From assembly GCA_964554075.1 (NCBI GenBank), contig CAZKNB010000001.1:1-40698 (forward strand): DNA of 40,698 bases, given 5' to 3'. Below are positions 19,624 through 30,177 of this stretch, piece after piece. Within the stretch, counting starts at the first letter, position 1; each line of letters begins with the position of its first letter. Made by a program: the position numbers and the translations under genes. Below the pieces are notes generated by a model. That model saw only the letters and a program-made list of their open reading frames with translations, did no database searches and was not told where the DNA came from. Source of the DNA: an uncultured Bacteroides sp. (lineage in GTDB: Bacteria; Bacteroidota; Bacteroidia; Bacteroidales; Bacteroidaceae).

Positions 19624-20466
19624 ATGGAACAAACTAATCTGATGGTGGCAATAAGAGCGGCGGTAAAGGCCGGCGAAAGCATTCTTGCTATCTACAACGA
19701 CCCCAATTCAGATTTTCAGATAGAAAAGAAGGCAGACAACTCGCCATTGACAATAGCCGACCGCAAGGCGCACGAGGTTATTGCTTCGATGCTGAGCGAC
19801 ACTCCATACCCTCTCCTCAGCGAGGAGGGACAGCACCTGGGCTATGACGTCCGCAGCGGATGGAACTCTCTGTGGATTGTGGATCCGCTCGACGGTACCA
19901 AGGAGTTCGTGAAGCGCAACGGTGAGTTTACCGTGAATATAGCACTGGTAACCGATGGCGTACCGGTGCTCGGCGTGGTCTATCTGCCGGTGAAGAGCGA
20001 ACTCTACTTCGGCGCAAAGAGTCTCGGTGCCTACAAGTTGGACAACGTGACCGAGATTGCAGCCGACGCTAAGCTCGACGACCTCATTGCTGCTGCACAG
20101 CGACTGCCGCAGCAGAGGGAGAACAGTGCATTCGTAGTGGTAGCTTCGCGCTCACATCTCACTCCCGAGACAGAGGAGTTCATCGACGCTCTGCGCAAAG
20201 AGCATGGCGACGTGGAGCTTGTTTCCAGTGGCAGCTCAATCAAGATATGCCTTGTGGCAGAGGGTAAGGCGGATGTCTATCCGCGCTTTGCTCCGACAAT
20301 GGAGTGGGACACAGCGGCAGGCGATGCCGTGGCTCGTGCTGCCGGCATGTCGGTTTGTCATTCCGACCGCGTCACACCTCTCATATATAATAAGGAGGAC
20401 CTGCACAATCCGTGGTTCATCGTGGAGAAGAAACTTCAGTCAAATCCTGATAACGAGCAGCGCTGA
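19624..20466 (+). CDS. cysQ: 3'(2'),5'-bisphosphate nucleotidase (PAP phosphatase)
   Basis: LSEE, WIVDPLDGTKEF, GSSIKIC, EWDTAAG; TATTTTTG -7 box at 19547-19554. Confidence 0.93.
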   Translation: MEQTNLMVAIRAAVKAGESILAIYNDPNSDFQIEKKADNSPLTIADRKAHEVIASMLSDTPYPLLSEEGQHLGYDVRSGWNSLWIVDPLDGTKEFVKRNGEFTVNIALVTDGVPVLGVVYLPVKSELYFGAKSLGAYKLDNVTEIAADAKLDDLIAAAQRLPQQRENSAFVVVASRSHLTPETEEFIDALRKEHGDVELVSSGSSIKICLVAEGKADVYPRFAPTMEWDTAAGDAVARAAGMSVCHSDRVTPLIYNKEDLHNPWFIVEKKLQSNPDNEQR

Positions 20467-22022
20467 TGACCTTCGAGATAGCTTTTGTTCTGGTGGCGCT
20501 CGCCTTTATGGTCGCAGCATTGATAGCCGACACTATGCGTCCCGGTATGGTGCTCTTTACGGTGGTGGTGCTCTTCTTGTGTACCGACATCCTTACGCCG
20601 AAGGAGATGCTTGAGGGATTCAGCAACAAGGGTATGATTACCGTGGCTCTGCTCTTCCTGGTCAGTGAGGGCGTGCGTCAGTCGGGTGCCCTTGGTCAGC
20701 TCATCAAGCGCCTGTTGCCTGTCGGCAAGACCACTGTCTTCAGGGCTCAGCTGCGCATGCTGCCGTCAATCGCCTTCGTATCGGCATTCCTCAACAACAC
20801 TCCGGTGGTCGTAATCTTCGCCCCCATCATCAAGCGTTGGGCGCAGAAGTGCGGACTGCCTGCCACGAAATTTCTTATCCCGCTATCCTATGTCACCATC
20901 CTTGGCGGCATCTGTACACTTATCGGCACCTCGACCAACCTCGTCGTGCAGGGTATGATACTCGAGGCGGGACTCGAGGGCTTCACTATGTTTGAACTTG
21001 GCCGCGTAGGCATATTCATTGCCATCGCCGGCATCATATACATCTTCCTCTTCTCCAAGCGTCTGCTGCCCGACACTCGTCAGGATGTCGACGTGCCCGA
21101 CGAGGAGGTTGAACAGGGCGAGGTTCTCCACCGCGTGGAGGCTGTGCTCGGCTCCCGCTTCCCGGGAATCAACAAGACCCTGGCGGAGTTCAACTTCCAG
21201 CGCCACTATGGAGCGGAGGTCAAGGAGATAATGACCCGCAGCGGTCAGCGAATCACCAAGGATTTCGACAATGTAGTGATGCGTGAGGGCGATACGCTTG
21301 TCGTCATGGCCGACGAGACATTCATCCCGACGTGGGGTGAGTCTTCGGTCTTCGTGCTCCTCGCCAACGGAACAGATCAGGATGCCGGCAAGAACAAGAA
21401 GAAGCGCTGGCTCGCACTGGTGCTGCTGGTGCTGATGATTGCCGGCGCCACCATCGGAGAGTTACCTGCCGTCAAGGAGATGTTCCCCGAGAGTCATTTC
21501 GACATGTTCTTCTTCGTCTGCATCACCACGATCATCATGGCGTGGACCAAGATATTCCCGGCGCGCAAGTACACCAAGTATATCTCCTGGGACATACTTA
21601 TCACCATCGCGTGTGCCTTCGCCATCAGTAAGGCGATGGTAAACTCGGGCGTGGCGGACATGATTGCGAAGTATATCATCGGACTTAGCACCAACTACGG
21701 TCCGCACATACTGCTTGCCATCCTGTTTATCATCACCAATCTCTTCACGGAGTTGATAACCAACAATGCGGCGGCAGCGCTGTCGTTCCCGTTGGCTCTC
21801 TCGCTGTCGCAGCAGCTCGGCGTAGATCCGACTCCATTCTTTGTTGTGATATGTATGGCAGCGTCGGCCAGCTTCTCAACTCCGATAGGCTATCAGACGA
21901 ACCTCATCGTGCAGGGTATCGGTGGATACAAGTTCACCGACTTCGTGCGCATGGGTTTGCCGCTAAATATAATCTCGTTCCTGATATCCGTCTTCCTCAT
22001 CCCGCTGATATGGCCGTTTTGA
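20466..22022 (+). CDS. SLC13/CitMHS-family permease with TrkA-C-like insert, probable sulfate transporter
   Basis: SAFLNNTPVV, TLIGTSTN, ITNNAAA, TPIGYQTN; TGATG overlap with cysQ. Confidence 0.85.
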   Translation: MTFEIAFVLVALAFMVAALIADTMRPGMVLFTVVVLFLCTDILTPKEMLEGFSNKGMITVALLFLVSEGVRQSGALGQLIKRLLPVGKTTVFRAQLRMLPSIAFVSAFLNNTPVVVIFAPIIKRWAQKCGLPATKFLIPLSYVTILGGICTLIGTSTNLVVQGMILEAGLEGFTMFELGRVGIFIAIAGIIYIFLFSKRLLPDTRQDVDVPDEEVEQGEVLHRVEAVLGSRFPGINKTLAEFNFQRHYGAEVKEIMTRSGQRITKDFDNVVMREGDTLVVMADETFIPTWGESSVFVLLANGTDQDAGKNKKKRWLALVLLVLMIAGATIGELPAVKEMFPESHFDMFFFVCITTIIMAWTKIFPARKYTKYISWDILITIACAFAISKAMVNSGVADMIAKYIIGLSTNYGPHILLAILFIITNLFTELITNNAAAALSFPLALSLSQQLGVDPTPFFVVICMAASASFSTPIGYQTNLIVQGIGGYKFTDFVRMGLPLNIISFLISVFLIPLIWPF

Positions 22023-22053
22023 GCAGACGTATAGGAACCCTGTATGACAGAAT

Positions 22054-22662
22054 ATGGAAAATAAAAACAATATATATCCGATTTACGACCGAATGTTGAA
22101 ACGGTCGGACAAGGAGGAGCTGCTCGGTCAGCGCAGTGCCATGATATGGTTCACCGGCCTGAGTGGTTCCGGAAAGAGTACTATTGCCATCGCCCTGGAG
22201 CGCGAGCTCCATAAGCGCGGACTCCTCTGTCGCATACTCGACGGAGATAATATCCGCAGTGGCATCAACAACAATCTTGGTTTCAGCGAGGCGGACCGCG
22301 TGGAGAACATTCGCCGCATCGCAGAGGTGTCGAAGCTCTTCATCGACTCGGGCATCATCACGATTGCTGCCTTTATCAGTCCCAACAATGATATCCGCAA
22401 CATGGCAGCCGACATCATCGGACGTGATGACTTCCTCGAGATATATGTCAGCACGCCTATCGAGGAGTGCGAGCGACGCGATGTCAAGGGGCTCTATGCC
22501 AAGGCACGCCGTGGCGAGATCAAGAATTTCACCGGCATCTCTGCCCCCTTCGAGGCGCCCGAGAATCCCGCACTGGAGCTCGACACGTCGAAACTCTCGC
22601 TCGAGGAGTCGGTCAACCGCCTGCTCGACCTTGTCCTCCCGCGTGTGGCAGTAAAGAAGTAA
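22054..22662 (+). CDS. cysC: Adenylyl-sulfate kinase
   Basis: [35 protein letters not shown]. Confidence 0.96.
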   Translation: MENKNNIYPIYDRMLKRSDKEELLGQRSAMIWFTGLSGSGKSTIAIALERELHKRGLLCRILDGDNIRSGINNNLGFSEADRVENIRRIAEVSKLFIDSGIITIAAFISPNNDIRNMAADIIGRDDFLEIYVSTPIEECERRDVKGLYAKARRGEIKNFTGISAPFEAPENPALELDTSKLSLEESVNRLLDLVLPRVAVKK

Positions 22663-22687
22663 ATCAAGAAGACTAACAGATTACAAG

Positions 22688-23599
22688 ATGAAAGAAGATT
22701 ATAAGTTAAGTCACCTGAAGGAGCTCGAGGCTGAGTCCATTCATATCATTCGTGAGGTGGCTGCCGAGTTTGAAAACCCGGTGATGCTCTATAGCATCGG
22801 TAAAGACTCTTCGGTAATGGTTCGCCTGGCTGAGAAGGCCTTCTACCCGGGCAAGGTGCCATTCCCGTTGATGCACATTGATTCAAAGTGGAAGTTCAAG
22901 GAGATGATTGAGTTCCGTGACAAGTATGCCAAGGAGCATGGCTGGAACCTGATTGTAGAGAGCAACATGGAGGCCTTCAAGGCTGGCGTGGGTCCCTTCA
23001 CTCACGGCAGTAAGGTCCACACCGACCTGATGAAGACAAAGGCTCTGCTCGATGCACTCGACAAGTATAAGTTCGACGCAGCCTTCGGTGGCGCACGCCG
23101 TGACGAGGAGAAGTCACGTGCCAAGGAGCGTATCTTCTCGTTCCGCGACCGCTTCCACCAGTGGGACCCGAAGAACCAGCGCCCGGAGCTCTGGGACATC
23201 TACAATGCGCGCGTCCACAAGGGCGAGAGCATCCGCGTCTTCCCGTTGAGCAACTGGACAGAACTTGACATCTGGCAGTACATCCGCCTGGAGAATATTC
23301 CTATCGTTCCGCTCTACTACGCCAAGGAGCGTCCCGTCGTTGAGATTGACGGTAACCTGATCATGGCCGACGATGACCGTCTGCCAGACAACCTGAAGCA
23401 GAAGATTGAGATGCGCATGGTTCGCTTCCGTACCCTCGGCTGCTGGCCGCTGACGGGAGCTGTGGAGAGCAGTGCCGACACGATCGAGAGCATCGTGGAG
23501 GAGATGATGACAACCACCAAGAGCGAGCGTACCACACGTGTCATCGACTTCGACCAGGAGGCGAGCATGGAACAGAAAAAACGTGAAGGATATTTTTAA
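22688..23599 (+). CDS. cysD: Sulfate adenylyltransferase subunit 2
   Basis: [36 protein letters not shown]. Confidence 0.96.
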   Translation: MKEDYKLSHLKELEAESIHIIREVAAEFENPVMLYSIGKDSSVMVRLAEKAFYPGKVPFPLMHIDSKWKFKEMIEFRDKYAKEHGWNLIVESNMEAFKAGVGPFTHGSKVHTDLMKTKALLDALDKYKFDAAFGGARRDEEKSRAKERIFSFRDRFHQWDPKNQRPELWDIYNARVHKGESIRVFPLSNWTELDIWQYIRLENIPIVPLYYAKERPVVEIDGNLIMADDDRLPDNLKQKIEMRMVRFRTLGCWPLTGAVESSADTIESIVEEMMTTTKSERTTRVIDFDQEASMEQKKREGYF

Positions 23600-23611
23600 G
23601 TAAGAGTAGTT

Positions 23612-25051
23612 ATGGCAGAAAACAATAATAACATAGATATAAAGGCATTCCTCGACAAGGATGAACAGAAGGATTTGCTCCGCCTGCTGACCGCTGGCTC
23701 GGTCGACGACGGTAAGTCTACTCTCATCGGACGCCTGCTTTTTGACAGTAAAAAGCTCTACGAGGACCAACTCGTCGCACTTGAGCGCGACAGCAAACGT
23801 GTCGGCAACGCCGGCGACCACATCGACTATGCCCTCCTTCTCGACGGCCTTAAGGCTGAGCGCGAGCAGGGTATCACCATCGACGTGGCCTACCGCTACT
23901 TCTCGACCAATAACCGTAAGTTCATCATCGCCGACACTCCGGGACACGAGCAGTACACCCGCAACATGATCACCGGTGGCTCCACTGCCAATCTGGCCAT
24001 CATCCTCGTTGACGCGCGCATGGGTGTTATCACTCAGACTCGCCGCCACACCTTCCTCGTGTCGCTTCTCGGCATCAAGCACGTGGTGCTGGCTGTCAAC
24101 AAGATGGACCTCGTGGACTTCTCCGAGGAGCGTTTCAATGAGATTGTGAAGGAGTACAAGGAGTTTGTGGCTCCGCTTGGCATCCCCGATGTCAACTGCT
24201 TCCCGCTCTCTGCCCTCGACGGTGACAATGTTGTTGAGCGTTCGGAGCGCACACCGTGGTACAGCGGTCCTGCTCTGCTCGACTTCCTCGAGACAGTCCA
24301 CATCGACAACGACAACAACTTCCAGGACTTCCGCTTCCCGGTGCAGTATGTGCTTCGTCCGAACCTCGACTTCCGCGGCTTCTGCGGCAAGGTTGCTTCG
24401 GGTGTCGTTCGCAAGGGCGACACAGTGATGGCTCTTCCTTCAGGCAAGACATCAAAGGTGAAGAGCATCGTCACCTACGACGGCGAACTGGACTACGCCT
24501 TCCCGCCGCAGTCGGTTACCATCACCCTCGAGGATGAGATTGACGTGTCTCGTGGCGAGATGCTTGTTCATCCCGACAACAAGCCTATCGAGAGCCGCTG
24601 CTTCGAGGCTATGCTCGTGTGGATGGACGAGGAGCCGATGGACATCAACAAGTCCTTCTTCATCAAGCAGACCACCAACACCAGCCGCTCACACATCGAC
24701 ACCATTAAATATAAGGTGGATGTCAACACCATGGAGCAGTCGAAGGTGGATCGCCTCGTGCTCAACGAGATTGCACGCGTGGTCATCTCTACATCGAAGG
24801 AGATGTTCTTCGACCCATACAAGCAGAATCGCCAGTGTGGATCGTTCATCCTGATCGACCCGATAACCAACAATACGAGTGCCGTCGGCATGATCATCGA
24901 CCGTGTTGAGGCATCCGAGCTCACAGCGGGCGACGACATTCCTACACTCAATCTGCCTAAGCTGGGCATCGCCCCCGAGCACTATGAGGCTGTGGAGCGC
25001 GCCGTCAAGGAGCTTGAGCGTCAGGGAGTGGGAGTGAAGGTCATCAAGTGA
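23612..25051 (+). CDS. cysN: Sulfate adenylyltransferase subunit 1 (GTPase)
   Basis: [40 protein letters not shown]. Confidence 0.96.
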   Translation: MAENNNNIDIKAFLDKDEQKDLLRLLTAGSVDDGKSTLIGRLLFDSKKLYEDQLVALERDSKRVGNAGDHIDYALLLDGLKAEREQGITIDVAYRYFSTNNRKFIIADTPGHEQYTRNMITGGSTANLAIILVDARMGVITQTRRHTFLVSLLGIKHVVLAVNKMDLVDFSEERFNEIVKEYKEFVAPLGIPDVNCFPLSALDGDNVVERSERTPWYSGPALLDFLETVHIDNDNNFQDFRFPVQYVLRPNLDFRGFCGKVASGVVRKGDTVMALPSGKTSKVKSIVTYDGELDYAFPPQSVTITLEDEIDVSRGEMLVHPDNKPIESRCFEAMLVWMDEEPMDINKSFFIKQTTNTSRSHIDTIKYKVDVNTMEQSKVDRLVLNEIARVVISTSKEMFFDPYKQNRQCGSFILIDPITNNTSAVGMIIDRVEASELTAGDDIPTLNLPKLGIAPEHYEAVERAVKELERQGVGVKVIK

Positions 25052-25120
25052 TGACCCTCGCCCCGGCGTACTGACAGAGAATGAAAACATAATTGTAAGA
25101 AATAGATATATACACACATA

Positions 25121-26227
25121 ATGGGATTACTGGAATTTAGCAAATTACCTATCAACACCCTTGTTGGAGCCGACTGGAATACATTCAAGGCGGTGACCAA
25201 TGGTCGTCAGATTGACGATGCATACAAGGGTAAATACCGACTGACAAAGGCTGTCTGCCGTCTGCTCTCTGCCCTGGCTCCGCTTCAGGAGAGCCGCTAC
25301 AAGAAGTTGCTGGCCGACAAGCCCCTGGAGCACGACCCTGTCTTTATCCTGGGACACTGGCGCAGCGGTACGACATTCGTACACAACGTCCTCTCGTGCG
25401 ACAAGCATTTCGGCTACAACACAACCTATCAGACTGTCTTCCCCCACCTGATGATGTGGGGACAGCCATTCTTCAAGAAGAACATGAGCTGGCTGATGCC
25501 CGACAAGCGCCCGACCGACAATATGGAGTTGGCTGTGGACCTTCCGCAGGAGGAGGAGTTCGCCCTGGGCAACATGATGCCATACACATATTATAACTTC
25601 TGGTTCCTCCCGAAGTATCAGCAGGAGTATGCAGAGAAGTATCTGCTCTTCAATGATATCAGCGAGGCGGAGCTGAAGGAGTTCGAGGAGACATTCGTGA
25701 AGCTGATCAAGATTTCGCTCTGGAACACAGGTGGAACTCAGTTCCTCAGCAAGAACCCGCCTCACACGGGTCGCGTGAAGGAGCTGGTAAAGATGTTCCC
25801 CAACGCCAAGTTCATCTACCTGATGCGTAATCCCTACACTGTCTTCGAGTCAACTCGCAGCTTCTTCATCAATACCATCCAGCCGCTTAAGCTGCAGGAT
25901 ATCAGCAACGAGGAGCTCGAGAAGAACATCCTCTCAGTCTATGCAAAGCTCTATCATAAGTATGAGGAGGACAAGAAGTTCATCCCCGAGGGCAATCTGA
26001 TTGAGGTTAAGTTTGAGGACTTCGAGGCTGACGCAATGGCTATGACTGAGAAGATCTACAAGGAGCTCTCAATCCCCGGCTTCGAAGCAGCAAAGGCTGA
26101 CATCGAGAAGTATGTGGGTGGCAAGAAGGGCTACAAGAAGAACAAGTACTCATACAATGAGCGCACCGTGCAGCTCGTTCAGGAGAACTGGGACTTCGCC
26201 CTGAAGCAGTGGAACTACGAACTGTAA
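25121..26227 (+). CDS. PAPS-dependent sulfotransferase
   Basis: GHWRSGTT (5'-PSB loop), KNPPH, RNPYTVFES (3'-PB); located in a PAPS synthesis operon. Confidence 0.9.
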   Translation: MGLLEFSKLPINTLVGADWNTFKAVTNGRQIDDAYKGKYRLTKAVCRLLSALAPLQESRYKKLLADKPLEHDPVFILGHWRSGTTFVHNVLSCDKHFGYNTTYQTVFPHLMMWGQPFFKKNMSWLMPDKRPTDNMELAVDLPQEEEFALGNMMPYTYYNFWFLPKYQQEYAEKYLLFNDISEAELKEFEETFVKLIKISLWNTGGTQFLSKNPPHTGRVKELVKMFPNAKFIYLMRNPYTVFESTRSFFINTIQPLKLQDISNEELEKNILSVYAKLYHKYEEDKKFIPEGNLIEVKFEDFEADAMAMTEKIYKELSIPGFEAAKADIEKYVGGKKGYKKNKYSYNERTVQLVQENWDFALKQWNYEL

Positions 26228-27210
26228 TGGAGGAAAAGAGAAAAATGAAATATTCTTTTGGAAAGAGGAGCATCGTCTGCTCCCTGATAGCCATGATGGC
26301 GCTGCCGATGTTCGGCCAGACAAAGACCGAATATCTTAAGTTCGGCAACATGGATCAGTGGGTGACGAGAAAGATCAAGGAATCCGGCATCATCGGTGGT
26401 GCCACAAAGGAGGTCTACGAGATTGCTCCGACACAAACTATCGAGGGCGCCGTGGCATATAAGAACCTCGGCGGCTCTCCGTGGGGAACGTCAAACGTGA
26501 TGGCTAAAGTGGCAGGAATCATTAAGACCAACACATCAGTATTCCCCGAGAAGCGTGGCAGCGGTTATTGTGCACGCCTCGACACCAGAATGGAGAGTGT
26601 AAAGGTAATGGGATTGGTCGATATCACCGTGCTTGCTGCCGGTTCCATCTATCTCGGCTATATCAACGAGCCGGTGAAGAGCACCAAGAATCCTAACAAG
26701 ATGCTCTGCATGGGTATCCCCTTCACTAAGAAACCTGTAGCCATTCAGTATGACTATAAGGTAAAGATGTCTGGAAGCTCCAACCGTGTGAAGGCCACCG
26801 GATTCGGCAAGCAGACCACGGTTGAGGGTAAGGACTACCCCGCAACAATCCTTACTCTGCAGAAACGTTGGGAGGATAAGAATGGTAATGTCTACGCCAA
26901 GCGCATCGGAACAATGGTTGTCTACTACGACAAGACCACATCCGACTGGCAGAACAATGCCACCTACGAGATACTCTACGGCGACATCACAGGCAACCCT
27001 GCCTACAAGCAGAGCATGCGCCTCAATGCCGACGAGCGTTTCACCGAGAACAGCAAGGGTGAGAGCGTGAGGGTTCAGGAGGTAGCATGGGGAGATGCCA
27101 ACGACACTCCGACCCACCTGATGATCCAGTTCACCTCGAGCCATGGCGGTGCCTACATAGGTTCGCCGGGCAATAGCTTCTGGGTTGACAATGTGAGACT
27201 CGTTTATTGA
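26227..27210 (+). CDS. Exported PCMD (putative carbohydrate metabolism domain) protein
   Basis: Signal peptide; SPWGTSNV, AAGSIYLG, PTHL..FTSSHGGAYIG..WVDNV; TAATG coupling with the sulfotransferase (alternative start 26245). Confidence 0.75.
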   Translation: MEEKRKMKYSFGKRSIVCSLIAMMALPMFGQTKTEYLKFGNMDQWVTRKIKESGIIGGATKEVYEIAPTQTIEGAVAYKNLGGSPWGTSNVMAKVAGIIKTNTSVFPEKRGSGYCARLDTRMESVKVMGLVDITVLAAGSIYLGYINEPVKSTKNPNKMLCMGIPFTKKPVAIQYDYKVKMSGSSNRVKATGFGKQTTVEGKDYPATILTLQKRWEDKNGNVYAKRIGTMVVYYDKTTSDWQNNATYEILYGDITGNPAYKQSMRLNADERFTENSKGESVRVQEVAWGDANDTPTHLMIQFTSSHGGAYIGSPGNSFWVDNVRLVY

Positions 27211-27318
27211 TTAAACAAATTAAGAAAAGTACTTTAAAACCCGCAGTGTGGCAATTTTTACACATGTAGTCTTTTTTGCAGAAAAGTTGTCTGAATGCTT
27301 AGAAAAAGCAAAAAAAAC

Positions 27319-27349
27319 TTTGTAAATGTAGAAATTGTATTTATTTTTG
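27319..27349 (+). promoter_or_regulatory. Consensus Bacteroidetes promoter for the YjbH-lipoprotein-OmpA cassette
   Basis: TTTG (27319-27322), 19-nt spacer, TATTTTTG (27342-27349). Confidence 0.72.
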
Positions 27350-27391
27350 CGACGTTTTATGTTGTATAATTTGATGTAAAAGCACGCAGAA

Positions 27392-28621
27392 TTGGTGAGA
27401 AAATGCTGTTTGATAGATAGTTATGTAGGCGTCTTGTTGCTACTTTTATGTAGTTGCTTTACGCCATTGTCTGTTTGTGGACAGACATCCGACAAGGCTG
27501 TAAGTGCTTTGGTTAACATGGGATTCGAGAATGTTTCGGTGAGCGAAACCGAAACGGAGCTCGTTTATGTGATGGAGAATGTGGCCTACAAGCTGAACGG
27601 ACGAGGCGCTGCAAAGGCGCTGGAGCTGATTCAGGCGATGGGTATGCCGAAGGATAAGTCCTGCCGCGTGATTCTCCTGAAGAACAATGTCCCGGAGATA
27701 TCGCTCTGCTACCACAGAGCTGCCAACGACACTCTCTCAGAGGCTTCGCTGACCGACTGGAAGGCAAGCTATGAGTTGGGCGACAACTGGCAGAAGATAG
27801 TAAGAGAGAGAAAAGCGAATAGTTCGCTATATAAAATAGATGTGGTGATATATCCTGAGCTGTCATTCAAGAATGTAGTGATAACACAGATATATCAGGT
27901 GTTGTTCAACCTCTCGCCAGCCATTGAGATTTCTCTCTGGAACGGCATGAAGCTGACGGCACAGATGGTCTTCCCCGTGTACAACGACGGTTATGCGTCG
28001 CGCTTGGGGAAAGTTCACCCAGGCTTTCTGACTGTAGAACAGCGAGTGCGCCTGCCATACAACGTATGGGCAACGCTCACCGCCGGTTTCTTCAACAATG
28101 ATCGCTACGGAGTGAATCTTGCAGTGTTCCATCCCTTTAAGGATGAGCACTTCAGTGTTGACGGTCGCATAGGATGGACCGGTACACAGCGCTGGAACAG
28201 GTTTGATCTCACCTATGGAACTAAGATGCGATGGACCTGGGAGATTGGAGGAAGCTACTATTGGACACGTTTCAACACACAGTTGTCGTTGCATGCCCAG
28301 CAGTATCTGTTAGGAGAGAAGGGATTCGTCTTCGACCTCATCCGCCACTTCCGCTACGCATCGATAGGTTTCTATCTTGAGAAGGCACAAGACGCAAAGA
28401 AAGACGGCGGTTTCCGTATTCAAGTGGCTTTGCCTCCCTACAAGTATAAGAGAAGAGGCTATATTCCGCGCGTGACGACGTCCAAGAATATGGGCATTCG
28501 CTATGATGCAGGCAACGAACGCTACTACTATCAGACGTTCCGTGCCAATCCGAGCGACAACATGATGGAGACAAATAGTTTTAATCCATATTTTATTAAA
28601 TCGGAATTGTTGAATTATTAA
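27392..28621 (+). CDS. Outer-membrane beta-barrel protein, YjbH/GfcD-like (resembles C-terminal half)
   Basis: Signal peptide, small alpha/beta N-domain (GFENV), then amphipathic aromatic-rich beta strands; start uncertain (TTG 27392 or GTG 27395). Confidence 0.6.
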   Translation: MVRKCCLIDSYVGVLLLLLCSCFTPLSVCGQTSDKAVSALVNMGFENVSVSETETELVYVMENVAYKLNGRGAAKALELIQAMGMPKDKSCRVILLKNNVPEISLCYHRAANDTLSEASLTDWKASYELGDNWQKIVRERKANSSLYKIDVVIYPELSFKNVVITQIYQVLFNLSPAIEISLWNGMKLTAQMVFPVYNDGYASRLGKVHPGFLTVEQRVRLPYNVWATLTAGFFNNDRYGVNLAVFHPFKDEHFSVDGRIGWTGTQRWNRFDLTYGTKMRWTWEIGGSYYWTRFNTQLSLHAQQYLLGEKGFVFDLIRHFRYASIGFYLEKAQDAKKDGGFRIQVALPPYKYKRRGYIPRVTTSKNMGIRYDAGNERYYYQTFRANPSDNMMETNSFNPYFIKSELLNY

Positions 28622-28631
28622 TTTATTTGAA

Positions 28632-30131
28632 ATGGAAAAGAAAAGTTTCTTGAGTGGTATTAGTGCAAAAATCGCACTTTCCATTGTGGCTTTGTCCGGA
28701 GCTTTGTTGACCGGATGTTACCAGGATGACGGCTTGGACGTCAACGGTATCAAATTGCCTGCTGCGACTTACACAATCGCTGGTCAGGTTGTAGATGCTG
28801 AGACATTTGAGGCAATCCCTACAGCAACAGTATCAGGTGACGTTAGCGCATCTGTAGTTAACGGTGCTTTCTCTGTTGCAGTTGATTCTCCAAAGACATA
28901 TACTTTGGAAGTTAAGAATGTTGCAGGTTATGAGGATGCACAGGTAAACGTAGACGTTAAGGAGGTTAACGCTGGCCAGTCTGCAGTTTACTCTACAGTT
29001 ATTGCTTTGCAGCCTAAGTACAACGGTCTCTACACTTTGAACGTTGTTGCTGCTGACGAGAATGGTACAGTTCTTACTGACGCTACTACAGTAATCCGCG
29101 AGATCGGTGTTACTACAGCTGCTGAGAATGGCAAGCTCGAGGGTGGTAAGACTTACGTAGTTATCGTATCTGCTGATGGTTACACAACTTCACAGGTTAC
29201 AGTTGAGCTTCCTAAGGTTAAGACAAACACTACTAAGGGTGTTTACGTAGTTCTTAGCAAGAAGGCTACTGGTACAGTTAAGATCTTCGGTGAGGTTAAG
29301 ATTGGTAACAAGACATTCTCTGCTCACAAGATCGAGTTGAGAGCTCAGGATGGTACTCTCCTTGGCATCGACGAGGGTTACACTTACAACTTCGAGGTTA
29401 GCGAGTCTTACTTCACAGCTAAGACACGTGCTGCTGTTTCTAAGTCTGCTACATTCCAGATGACTATCGTTGATAACAACGGTGTTGAGCTTACATTCGA
29501 GAAGACTTACGAGATCACAGTTTCTGAGGATGGTTCTAACCAGGGTTCTGATTCTAACAGCCAGGCTAGCTCAGACGTAATCATCAAGGTTGCAACAACT
29601 GACGAAACTACTGACAACGTAGTTATCGCTACTGAGACTATCACTTCTGGTGTTTACAACAGCGAGGAGAGTGCAGTAGACGTTGATATCGTTTACACTC
29701 CGTACACTGGTTCTACAATCGTTGACGGTTACACTTCAGTATTGGCTTCAGCTAACGTAACTGCTGACAACAGCAACTTCTACGATGCAATCATCGAGGC
29801 TTTGAACCCAACTAAGGTAACTGCTACTGAGTTCGAGAAGGCTTCTAAGACTACAACTGGTAAGGTATCTATCGAGGCTCTCACAATCCTGAACTCTGTT
29901 AAGGCTTCACACATTGCAACTTCAGTTGAGCGTACAGTATCTGGTATCTCAGTTGACGGTAAGGAGTTCACTGACATCGAGTCATTGAGCGGTGTAATCA
30001 AGAAGGCTAAGTCAACTATCACTACAGCTGCTGGTCAGGCTACACTTGAGCCTAACACAACTTACGTTGGTCACGGTCACTCACACGGTGGTTCTAACAA
30101 CGCCGGTGGTGGTATCAGCAACGCTGAGTAA
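28632..30131 (+). CDS. Thr/Val-rich putative surface lipoprotein (DUF3869-like) with C-terminal GHGHSHGGSNNAGGG motif
   Basis: Lipobox LTGC followed by acidic YQDDGLD; two tandem prealbumin-like beta repeats; strongly biased codon usage. Confidence 0.75.
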   Translation: MEKKSFLSGISAKIALSIVALSGALLTGCYQDDGLDVNGIKLPAATYTIAGQVVDAETFEAIPTATVSGDVSASVVNGAFSVAVDSPKTYTLEVKNVAGYEDAQVNVDVKEVNAGQSAVYSTVIALQPKYNGLYTLNVVAADENGTVLTDATTVIREIGVTTAAENGKLEGGKTYVVIVSADGYTTSQVTVELPKVKTNTTKGVYVVLSKKATGTVKIFGEVKIGNKTFSAHKIELRAQDGTLLGIDEGYTYNFEVSESYFTAKTRAAVSKSATFQMTIVDNNGVELTFEKTYEITVSEDGSNQGSDSNSQASSDVIIKVATTDETTDNVVIATETITSGVYNSEESAVDVDIVYTPYTGSTIVDGYTSVLASANVTADNSNFYDAIIEALNPTKVTATEFEKASKTTTGKVSIEALTILNSVKASHIATSVERTVSGISVDGKEFTDIESLSGVIKKAKSTITTAAGQATLEPNTTYVGHGHSHGGSNNAGGGISNAE

Positions 30132-30177
30132 TAAAGGATATTGAAGAGAGGAAAGCATAACGGGTTGAATTTGAAAT

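Noticed and set aside
27211-27391. Invertible (phase-variable) promoter for the lipoprotein cassette
   Set aside because: No convincing inverted repeats flank the promoter and no tyrosine or serine recombinase gene is adjacent.
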